A DNA stretch of 40,471 nt, from contig CAZMKX010000002.1 of NCBI GenBank assembly GCA_964566375.1, positions 1 through 40,471 of the forward strand, read 5' to 3'. The notes under the pieces are model-generated. The model was not told the origin of the DNA. It made no database searches and saw only the letters and a list, made by a program, of their open reading frames with translations. Positions 17,126-24,565 of this stretch are shown piece after piece; position 1 is the first letter of the stretch; every line of letters starts with the position of its first letter. The position numbers and the translations under genes were made by a program. This DNA comes from an uncultured Myxococcales bacterium (GTDB taxonomy: Bacteria; Myxococcota_A; UBA9160; SZUA-336).

Positions 17126-18349
17126 TCAGCACCCTTCGTGCCAGACCCATTCTCGAGAGCACAACCGGAGGGACCAGGATTGGTGGGCACGGATGGGCTT
17201 GGCCCGGCTCCGGATCAGCAGCTCCGTCAGCCGGTCCCGAGGGCGGCTCCCGTGAACCCAGAGGACGTCGCTGAAGCCCCGACCGTCGTCTCCGGTTCGC
17301 AAGAGCGGCACGAGAGACAGGCGGTAGCCGTGCCAGGCTCGTGTGGAGCCGATGCCGAAGGGCTCGTACCCCAGACCGCTCATGAACGCGAATATCTCGC
17401 TGGAGCTGCTCCTCGCGCGCCGGAGCTGCGCTTCGACGTTCTCCGTGACGACGTCGGGCCGATGGAGCTCGAGTGTTCTCTGGAGTCCGCTGAGGACGCG
17501 GAGCTCGTGACCTTCGACGTCGATCTTGATCGCTTTGATCGGCTTCGGATCCGGCATCAGAACGCGGTCGCCGCGCAGAACCGGAACGTCGAACATCGCG
17601 ATCGCGTCCTCGACCTCCGCCATCGTCGCGGTTCCGGTGTGACTCGACGTCAGGTTGAGCACGAGCGCTCCGTCGACGTCGGACAGACCGAGCGCATGGA
17701 GGTTCACGTTGGGGATGGCATTGCGGAGCAGCGACTCGCGCAGCAGTGCGACGCAGTTCGGGTTGGGCTCGAAGGCCTCGACGGTCCCGCCGGGTCCGAC
17801 CAGACGCGCGCCGAGCAGTGTGAGCATTCCGAGATTCGCTCCGATGTCGACGAAGCGGTCTCCCGGCGACAGCAGCCTGGCGAGAAGCGCCTGGACCTCG
17901 AACTCGTAGTAGCGTCCGAGGAAGTAGGTCATCCGCCCGGACCAGTCGGCGAGATCGCAGCGCATGCGGTATCCGTGCAGCTTGCCGCGGATCTCGACCG
18001 TCGGCGCGTCGTCCCAGCGGCAGTCACCGAGCGGGACGTTGACCTTCGCGAGCCGGAGCAGCCTGCCCCATCCACGCAGCTCGAGACGCGTGTAGGGAAC
18101 CAAGACGCGAGTCCAGATCGGATACAACGGTCGCCTTCCGGCCCGGTACCGACGGGCGAGCAACGCGCGGAACTGTAGCCCATCGACTCCCGCGCGCCGT
18201 CTCGGCTCGGCCGCTTTCGGGCACCGGCACTTCGGATCGCCCGAGAAGGCGGTCTCGGGGGCTCGGCCTCGAGCGGGAGCGACACGCTCAAGAGCGCGCA
18301 GCGCCGAGTCGAAGCTATCCTCGAGCCTCACCCGGCCGGAATGCCGCAC
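17126..18349 (-). CDS. FkbM-family SAM-dependent methyltransferase (start uncertain; last 11 codons and the stop lie in the IS)
   Basis: GDRFVDIGANLGMLTLLGARLVGPGGTVEAFEPNP.., IKIDVEGHELRVLSG (Methyltransf_21/FkbM signature). The N-terminal ~55 aa of the maximal ORF (GTG at 18349) are R/P-rich, so the true start may be downstream. The 3' end (17126-17162) lies inside the IS right inverted repeat. Confidence 0.7.
   Translation of the reverse strand: MRHSGRVRLEDSFDSALRALERVAPARGRAPETAFSGDPKCRCPKAAEPRRRAGVDGLQFRALLARRYRAGRRPLYPIWTRVLVPYTRLELRGWGRLLRLAKVNVPLGDCRWDDAPTVEIRGKLHGYRMRCDLADWSGRMTYFLGRYYEFEVQALLARLLSPGDRFVDIGANLGMLTLLGARLVGPGGTVEAFEPNPNCVALLRESLLRNAIPNVNLHALGLSDVDGALVLNLTSSHTGTATMAEVEDAIAMFDVPVLRGDRVLMPDPKPIKAIKIDVEGHELRVLSGLQRTLELHRPDVVTENVEAQLRRARSSSSEIFAFMSGLGYEPFGIGSTRAWHGYRLSLVPLLRTGDDGRGFSDVLWVHGSRPRDRLTELLIRSRAKPIRAHQSWSLRLCSREWVWHEGC
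17144..17162. repeat. IS terminal inverted repeat (transposase-proximal end)
   Basis: GACCCATTCTCGAGAGCAC is the reverse complement of GTGCTCTCGAGAATGGGTC. 17/19 match to 15951-15969. Confidence 0.6.
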
Positions 18350-18422
18350 GCCCCGGCGCGGCGCGTAGAATGGGCCGCGCTCGCGAATCCTCGCGCCTTC
18401 GATCGCACGGGAGTGGATACGG

Positions 18423-19676
18423 ATGAGAGCGCTTCTCTCCTCGAAAATCTTCTTCGCGCTCTACCTCGTCGCGATGGTGCTCTTCCTGTCGGAGCTGGGC
18501 GCTCGCGTCTACTTCGCGCTCGAGATCGGGCCGCGCGTGCTCGCATACGGCAGTGACTGGTATCGGAACAACGCTCCGGATCCGGAGGAGAAGCGGCGCC
18601 GCGAGATCGAGAGCGACGCCGAGTATGCGCGGCGAATGGAGGAGCATCTGAAGGCGGAAGCGCGCGACGACTCCGTGGAGAAGCACGGAAATGCGCGCGG
18701 CCCGTACTCGAAATTCTTCCCGAACGAGTCCAAGAGCACGCGCGACGCCGATACGGGCGAGCGCATCCCCGTCAAGATCAACAGCCACGGATTCCGCGGC
18801 CGCGAGTACACGGTCGAGAAGCCCGCGGGAGTCGTTCGCATCGTCACGCTCGGCTCGTCGTCGACGTTCGGCTACTACGATCGCGACGACGAAACCTACC
18901 CGCACTACCTCGAGACCTACCTCAACGAGCGCTGTCAGGGCGCGCGCACGTTCGAGGTGATCAACTTCGGAATCCCGCACATGTCCTCGGGGCAGATCGC
19001 GGACCTGTTCCTGGCCGAGGCGGTCCCGCTGAAGCCCGACGTGGTGACGTTCTACGAGGGCCGGAACGACAGCTCGGGCGGGCTGGAGCCGGGAGGTCTT
19101 CTCGCGAAGCTCCGCGCGGTGCTGATCCACCGATCGATCCTCGCGGCGTACATCGACCAGGTGCTCGTCGGCGAACGCGAGGCGATCGATGCGGGCAATC
19201 TGCGCCTCGATGTCGCCGGTGCGGAGTACAGCCGATACTTCCTCGGAAACCTGGAGAGGATCCGCAGCGCCGCCGAGGCGAACGGCATCCTGCTGATCGT
19301 CGCGAACCAGCAGGCCACCGCGGCGGCCGCCTACCCGCGACCGCCCGCGGAGCGACAGAGCATGCACGGGGTCACCTACCAGGACGAGACCGGCGCGATC
19401 CGCGCTCGTCTCGAGCGCGGCGAGAGCATCAGCATGTTCGAGTATCAGCTGCTGATCCACGAGCAGATGATGCTGGCTCTCGAGAAGTGGGCGAAGGAGA
19501 ACTCGGTCGAGTTCGTCGATCTGATCGGCGCGCTCAATCAGGACCGGGACGGCCTGCTCTCGTGGGTGCACCTGACGCCCGCGTCCAACCGGATGATCGC
19601 GCGCGCCCTTTCCGATTCGCTGGTCCGCCGCTTCTGCCCCGATCGCGTCGAGCCTGGGCCCACGGGCAGCCGCTAG
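18423..19676 (+). CDS. Membrane-anchored SGNH-like protein with divergent catalytic blocks (SGNH-5)
   Basis: ATG start. Single TM (IFFALYLVAMVLFLSELGARVYF). Contains INSHGFRGRE. Block I reads IVTLGSSSTFGYY (GSSS, not GDS). Block III is YEGRNDSSG. Block V is SWVHLTPASN, with no Asp before the His. Confidence 0.7.
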   Translation: MRALLSSKIFFALYLVAMVLFLSELGARVYFALEIGPRVLAYGSDWYRNNAPDPEEKRRREIESDAEYARRMEEHLKAEARDDSVEKHGNARGPYSKFFPNESKSTRDADTGERIPVKINSHGFRGREYTVEKPAGVVRIVTLGSSSTFGYYDRDDETYPHYLETYLNERCQGARTFEVINFGIPHMSSGQIADLFLAEAVPLKPDVVTFYEGRNDSSGGLEPGGLLAKLRAVLIHRSILAAYIDQVLVGEREAIDAGNLRLDVAGAEYSRYFLGNLERIRSAAEANGILLIVANQQATAAAAYPRPPAERQSMHGVTYQDETGAIRARLERGESISMFEYQLLIHEQMMLALEKWAKENSVEFVDLIGALNQDRDGLLSWVHLTPASNRMIARALSDSLVRRFCPDRVEPGPTGSR

Positions 19677-21187
19677 GGACCGAGTACGTAGACGTCGCCG
19701 TCGCGACGCCAGCGGCCGATCGGCGGTACGGACTGCGGGCGATCCCGGTCCCAGGGGATGAGCACGACCGGGTGGCCCGAAGCGACGGCGTCGCGGATGA
19801 AGGCATCGACCCCGGCCTCCTGCCACCAGGTGCTCTTGGGATCGTCCCAGCCCCGCAGCAGCGCGCCGTAGCGCACCGCGTAGTGACCCATCCAGTCCTC
19901 GAACACGATCCGACCGTGCGGCCCCGCCAGCTCGAGGACGTGGCTGCTCATCTGCTCGGCCGATCCATCGGCGACCGCCCACGGGGTCAGCAGATAGACG
20001 TAGTCGTCGCGGTACGGCTTGTTGCGAACGAAGCCCGCCAGCAGATGACTTCCGCGCGCCAGAGCGGTGGCTGCGGCGTAGGTCACGGGCGTCGCGACGA
20101 GGAGCAGCACCGCCGACACAGCCAGCCAGCGCCGAGGCGGGCGCGACTGCAACAGCGCCCACGCGCCGATGCCGCCGAAGACCGAGAGCATCACGTACAT
20201 CGGCAGGAAGAACGTGTACTGGTCGACGACGTCGTAGCGGAGCGCGAATGCGCTCTGCACCCCGAGAATTCCGAACAGCGCCCAGCGCACGACGGGCAGC
20301 ACGCCGAGGTCCCGCGCGCGAACCATGCCGAGGACGGCGGCCGGCAGCAGCAGGTTCGGGAAATTCAGCAGCGGATAGCCGACGTCGACGAGGATCGCGC
20401 GCCGCGAGATGCCGAAGCCCAGCACCTCGTTGTGCCACATCGTGCCGAAGAGCGCCGAGCGAACCGTGCCCGCGAGATCGCCGCTCGCCACGAGCTGGTT
20501 GACGACCAGTGCCGCGTACGGTGCGGCGCCCGCGAGCCAGAGGACGGTCGCGACGGCGAAATCGCCGAGCGTGATCCTGCGCTCGCGAGCCTCCTGGATC
20601 CCGACCGTGATCAGAACCAGCGCCGTCAGGCCGGACTGCATGTCGTTGGCGACGCCCAGCCCGTTCAGGAGACACGCGAGCCAGAGCGCGCGCCGATCCC
20701 CGCTCCGGCCGTAGCTCGAGAGGCTCCAGCAGACGGCCGCCAGCAGCGCCGCGCCGACGGTGTAGACCTCGGTGATCGTCGAGAGCCGCCAGAACGTATG
20801 CGCCAGCGCGAGCGAGCCGGCCGCGAAGAGCGCCGCGGCGGGCCGGCGGGTGAGGCTCCGGACGCAGCCGAAGACGTTCGCCACCGTCAGCGCGCCGCAC
20901 AGCGAGCTCACCAGCGTGATCGCGTAGGGCTGCGGGCCAGCGATGGCCACGGCCGCCCGGCCGAGCCAGTGGTGCAGGGGATGGGTGAGCGCGAGTCCCA
21001 GGTTTCCAAGCAGGTCCCCGGTCGCGATCTTGAACATGAAGTGGCTCGAGTCCTGCCACTGCACCCCGCGACCCGCCGTCGCGGCATACAACGCGAATGC
21101 GCCGAGCGCGACGCCGAGCCACGCCGGGAAAGCGGCCCCACCTGCGACGGGGTGACTCGGCTCGATCGACTCGGGTGCGGTCGCCAC
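19673..21187 (-). CDS. GT-C fold membrane glycosyltransferase, DUF2723/TMEM260-like
   Basis: About 11 hydrophobic helices plus a ~110-aa soluble C-terminal domain. After TM1 comes GVQWQDSSHFMFKIATGDLLGNLGLALTHPLHHWL, resembling (from memory) the DUF2723 N-terminal signature (..WDSGEF..HPPGYPL). Start set at the GTG at 21187, 4 nt after AGGAG. The maximal ORF starts with TTG at 21226. Confidence 0.65.
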   Translation of the reverse strand: MATAPESIEPSHPVAGGAAFPAWLGVALGAFALYAATAGRGVQWQDSSHFMFKIATGDLLGNLGLALTHPLHHWLGRAAVAIAGPQPYAITLVSSLCGALTVANVFGCVRSLTRRPAAALFAAGSLALAHTFWRLSTITEVYTVGAALLAAVCWSLSSYGRSGDRRALWLACLLNGLGVANDMQSGLTALVLITVGIQEARERRITLGDFAVATVLWLAGAAPYAALVVNQLVASGDLAGTVRSALFGTMWHNEVLGFGISRRAILVDVGYPLLNFPNLLLPAAVLGMVRARDLGVLPVVRWALFGILGVQSAFALRYDVVDQYTFFLPMYVMLSVFGGIGAWALLQSRPPRRWLAVSAVLLLVATPVTYAAATALARGSHLLAGFVRNKPYRDDYVYLLTPWAVADGSAEQMSSHVLELAGPHGRIVFEDWMGHYAVRYGALLRGWDDPKSTWWQEAGVDAFIRDAVASGHPVVLIPWDRDRPQSVPPIGRWRRDGDVYVLGP

Positions 21188-21517
21188 GTGTCTCCTGTCC
21201 GTACACGACGCGTCGCCCGGTCGCAACGTCGGCGAGGGAGCCGGTACGGTGACCCGGCTCGGCTGAGCGGCTCGCGGTCTATCGGTCGGGCTTCCGGGGC
21301 GGTTGATCGCGGGCCGGCGGGAGATCTGCTGCAGCCCGGCCGGGTTCTCGCGGTGGCGCGGGCGGGTCGGTCCGGAGCTGCACCCTGCTGATCAAAACCT
21401 CTGCTTGAGATCGTCGACGCAAGAGCCGATCCTGTGCACGTTAGCCCCCTTTGCCCACCGGCCGTCGGAGAGAGTCTCCCAAGCGCGCCCGGCGGAGCTC
21501 GAACGGAGCCGCTCGAG

Positions 21518-22609
21518 ATGCGATCGCCCGCGCCCGCTCGGGTGCTGATCCTGTCCGATCGCGAGGTTGCTCCGGCCATTTCGCGCTGCGGCACTTACGA
21601 GTTCGAGGACGTCGCGTGCGCGGTCGACGCCGTGGATCTGCGCCCCCTGGGCAGCGCGGCGAGCCGCCACGTCCGGCGCCTCGAGCGCCACGCTCCCGCG
21701 GCGTTCCGGACCCCGGACATGCTCGTCCGCGACGACCCGTACGACCTGCTGTACGTGTCGCTGCACTCGCTGCCCGAGCTGGCCCGCCTGCACCCGCTCG
21801 GGCGGATCCTCGCGCTCGCGCGGCACACCGTCGTCAGCATCGACGAGCTCTGGAGCAACGAGCTCGGGCAACACGCCAACGACCTGAAGATGCTGGCGCG
21901 TTTCGACGAGATCTGGAGCTGCTGCGCGACGGGAGCGGAGGCGCTCACGCGCTGGATCGGGCGGCCGGGTCACCATCTCGCGCCGTCGATCGACGCGATG
22001 CGCTTCGCGCCACCGACCCAGACACCGAAACGCGTCATCGATCTGCACCTGATGGGGCGGCGGCGGCCGGAGCTCCACCGCGTGTTGCGGGAAGCGGCGG
22101 CCAAGTCCGAGCGCTTCTACCACTTCGACACGATCCAGCTCAACCCGCGCGTCTCGGACCACGTCGAGCACCGCGTGCACCTCGCCGAGCTGATTCAGCG
22201 CACGCGCTTCTTCGTCGTCGACGTCGCGAACTCCGACCGGCCCGAGAAGACGGGCGGACAGGTCGAGTACGGACCGCGCTACGTCGAGGGCGCCGCCGGC
22301 GGCGCGATCCTGATCGGCCGCGCGCCGTCGACGCCGGCGTTCGAGTCGAATTTCTGGCCCGGCGCGGTGATCCCGATCGAGCCCGACAGCGCGGAGATCA
22401 CGCGCGTGATCGACGAGCTCGACCGCGAGCCCGAACGGGCCGACCGGATCCGCAACGCCAACGTCGCGCAGGTTCTGCGCCGACACGACGCCGCCTACCG
22501 CTGGGAGAGGATCCTGCGTTCGGTCGGGCTCGAGCCGCTGCCCGCGCTGGACGAGCGCAAGCGGAAGCTCGAGCGGCTGGCGGCGGAGTTCGAAGGCCGA
22601 AGCGCGTGA
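21518..22609 (+). CDS. Hypothetical protein with GT-B-like C-terminal half (CgeB/Glyco_trans_1_2-like), function unknown
   Basis: Normal composition. RFFVVDVANSDRPEKTGGQVEYGPRYVEGAAGGAILIG resembles the nucleotide-sugar-binding half of GT-B enzymes. Start set at the ATG at 21518 (MRSPAPARVLILSD). The maximal ORF starts at 21434. Confidence 0.45.
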   Translation: MRSPAPARVLILSDREVAPAISRCGTYEFEDVACAVDAVDLRPLGSAASRHVRRLERHAPAAFRTPDMLVRDDPYDLLYVSLHSLPELARLHPLGRILALARHTVVSIDELWSNELGQHANDLKMLARFDEIWSCCATGAEALTRWIGRPGHHLAPSIDAMRFAPPTQTPKRVIDLHLMGRRRPELHRVLREAAAKSERFYHFDTIQLNPRVSDHVEHRVHLAELIQRTRFFVVDVANSDRPEKTGGQVEYGPRYVEGAAGGAILIGRAPSTPAFESNFWPGAVIPIEPDSAEITRVIDELDREPERADRIRNANVAQVLRRHDAAYRWERILRSVGLEPLPALDERKRKLERLAAEFEGRSA

Positions 22610-22649
22610 CGGCTCCGTCGGCGCCGGCGGCCCGTCCCGGAGTGCGCGC

Positions 22650-23303
22650 TTGCTCCCGATGATTCTGGGCCGCGAGGCCGGCTCGCCGCTTCGAATCCTC
22701 TGTCTCGGCGCGCACAGCGACGACATCGAGCTCGGTTGCGGTGGCGCGATGCTCACGCTGCTGGCGGCGCATCCCGGAAGCCGGGTCCTGTGGGTGGTCT
22801 TCAGCGGCTCGGACGTGCGTGCCGCGGAGGCGCGGGCCAGCGCAGCCGACTTCCTGGCGGGCGCGAAGGAGCGCGACGTCCGAACGCTGGCATTCCGTGA
22901 GTCGTACTTCCCGAGCCAGGTGCCCGAGATCAAGCCCGTCTTCGAGACGCTCTCGGCCTTCGAGCCAGACCTGGTCTTCAGCCATCGCGGCGCGGACCTT
23001 CACCAGGACCATCGTACGATCGCGGAGCTGACCTGGAACACCTTCCGCGACCACGTGATCCTGGAATACGAGATCCCGAAGTACGACGGCGACCTCCGGA
23101 GTCCCCAGGCCTTCGTTCCGCTCGAGGCGGCCGTCGCACGCGAGAAGTGCCGGCTGCTCCGCACGCACTTCGCCTCGCAGCACTTCCGGCACTGGTTCGA
23201 CGATGAGCTGTTTCTCGGGCTGATGAAGATGCGCGGGATGGAGTGCCGTTCACGAACCGGATACGCCGAGGGCTTCGACGTGCGCAAGCTGGTGCTCGCC
23301 TAG
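22650..23303 (+). CDS. PIG-L/LmbE-family N-acetylglucosaminyl deacetylase
   Basis: LCLGAHSDDIELGCGGAML (AHxDD..G.GG) and HRGADLHQDHR (HxDH), the zinc-dependent PIG-L signature. TTG start at 22650; alternative ATG at 22659. Confidence 0.85.
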   Translation: MLPMILGREAGSPLRILCLGAHSDDIELGCGGAMLTLLAAHPGSRVLWVVFSGSDVRAAEARASAADFLAGAKERDVRTLAFRESYFPSQVPEIKPVFETLSAFEPDLVFSHRGADLHQDHRTIAELTWNTFRDHVILEYEIPKYDGDLRSPQAFVPLEAAVAREKCRLLRTHFASQHFRHWFDDELFLGLMKMRGMECRSRTGYAEGFDVRKLVLA

Positions 23304-24557
23304 ATGGATCCGTTCGCGACATTCCCGCCGTGCCGGCTCTGCGGCGCGCCGCTTCGCGCGGTCGCGGTCGACCTGGGCATGTCCCCGCTCTGCCAGACCC
23401 GCGTCCTGCCCGAGCAGCTCGAGCAGAGCGAGGAGTTCTTCCCGCTGCGCGTGCGCGTCTGCGAGCGCTGCTTCCTGGTGCAGCTCCCGGCGGTGGTGAC
23501 GCCCGAGAAGCTCTTCACCGAATCGCCCTATCCCTACTTCTCGTCGTACGTGGACGCGCTCGTCGAGGCGGGCCGGCGCTACTGCGAGGCCGTAAGCGCG
23601 CGCTTCGGCCTGGGCGCGAAGAGCCGCGTGGTCGAGATCGCGAGCAACGACGGCTACCTGCTGCAGCACTTCGTCGCCCGCGGGATCCCGGCGCTGGGCA
23701 TCGAGCCCGCCGAGAACGTCGCCGCGGCCGCGATCGCGCGCGGCGTGCCGACGCTCTCGCGCTTCTTCGGCGTCGAGACGGCGCGCTTCGTCGCCGCGCG
23801 CGACGGTCGCGCCGACCTGATCATCGGGAACAACGTCTTCGCGCACGTCCCGGACCTGAACGACTTCATCGCGGGGATGAAGATCCTGCTCGCGCCCGGC
23901 GGCGTGATCACGCTCGAGTTCCCGCACCTGCTCCGGCTGCTCGAGGGAAATCAGTTCGACACGATCTACCACGAGCACTTCTCGTACTTCGGCTACGCCA
24001 CGGCCGAGCGCGCGCTCGCGGCCCACGGCCTCATGGTCTTCGACGTCGACGAGATCGCGAACCACGGCGGCTCGCTGCGCATCTGGGCCCGCCACGCCGA
24101 CGACGCGAGCAAGCCGGTCGCGGCCGCGACGCGCGCGCTGCTCGAACGCGAGCGAGCGGCCGGCCTGCTCGGTCTCGAGCGCTACCGCGCATTCTCCGCG
24201 CAGGTCCACACCACCAAGAACGCGCTGCTCTCCGCGCTGATCGAGCTCAAGCGCGCGGGCAAACGGATCGCCGCGTACGGCGCCGCGGGAAAGAGCGTGA
24301 CGCTCCTGAACTACTGCGGCGTCCGCACCGACTTCGTCGACTACTGCGTGGACCGCAATCCGGTCAAGCAGGGAACGTATCTCGCGGGCGTGCGCATCCC
24401 CATCTACGCACCGGAGAAGATCGCGGAGACGCGGCCGGACTACCTGCTGATCCTGCCGTGGAACCTGCGAGACGAGGTGATCCGCTACACCGCGGGAATC
24501 CGCGAATGGGGCGGGCGCTGGATCGTGCCGATCCCGACGCTCGAGATCGTGACGTAG
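23304..24557 (+). CDS. NDP-sugar C-methyltransferase family (TylCIII-like; Zn-ribbon + class I MT + C-terminal C-MT domain)
   Basis: N-terminal Cys pairs CRLCG..CERC. MT core VVEIASNDGYLL..GIEPA..LIIGNNVFAHVPD. C-terminal IAAYGAAGKSVTLLNYCG..VDRNPVKQGTYLAGVRIPI..PDYLLILPWNL is typical of the sugar C-methyltransferase C-terminal domain. The ATG follows the PIG-L stop directly. Confidence 0.8.
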   Translation: MDPFATFPPCRLCGAPLRAVAVDLGMSPLCQTRVLPEQLEQSEEFFPLRVRVCERCFLVQLPAVVTPEKLFTESPYPYFSSYVDALVEAGRRYCEAVSARFGLGAKSRVVEIASNDGYLLQHFVARGIPALGIEPAENVAAAAIARGVPTLSRFFGVETARFVAARDGRADLIIGNNVFAHVPDLNDFIAGMKILLAPGGVITLEFPHLLRLLEGNQFDTIYHEHFSYFGYATAERALAAHGLMVFDVDEIANHGGSLRIWARHADDASKPVAAATRALLERERAAGLLGLERYRAFSAQVHTTKNALLSALIELKRAGKRIAAYGAAGKSVTLLNYCGVRTDFVDYCVDRNPVKQGTYLAGVRIPIYAPEKIAETRPDYLLILPWNLRDEVIRYTAGIREWGGRWIVPIPTLEIVT

Positions 24558-24565
24558 GGGGCGCG

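Larger units (their letters stand above)
15951..17162 (-). mobile_element. IS1-family-like insertion sequence (about 1.2 kb) with 19-bp imperfect terminal inverted repeats
   Basis: GTGATCTCGAGATTGGGTC (15951-15969) against the reverse complement of 17144-17162, GTGCTCTCGAGAATGGGTC, gives 17/19 identical. The repeats bracket a single transposase ORF. No flanking direct repeat is visible. Confidence 0.6.

Noticed and set aside
15942-17171. Search for a target-site duplication flanking the IS1-like element.
   Set aside because: The flanks (CAGTAGATC on the left, AACCGGAGG on the right) share no direct repeat of 2-9 bp at the IR boundaries, so no TSD can be claimed.
17116-17190. Longer transposase start (GTG at 17190, MPTNPGPSGCALENGSGTKGAEAGC..).
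   Set aside because: The extension is G/P-rich, overlaps the FkbM 3' end and lies partly outside the right inverted repeat. The GTG at 17115 keeps the ORF inside the element and places the zinc finger near the N-terminus.
18366-18371. TAGAAT hexamer, a -10-like element 52 nt upstream of the SGNH-5 start.
   Set aside because: No acceptable -35 or extended -10 partner is present. A single hexamer is not enough to call a promoter, and it would lie only 17 nt from the maximal FkbM start.
23243-24565. N-terminal 440 codons of the 811-aa ORF 23243-25678.
   Set aside because: This part is R/P/A-rich and overlaps the well-supported C-methyltransferase gene in another frame. Only the part from the ATG at 24566 (the UXS-like SDR) is credible.
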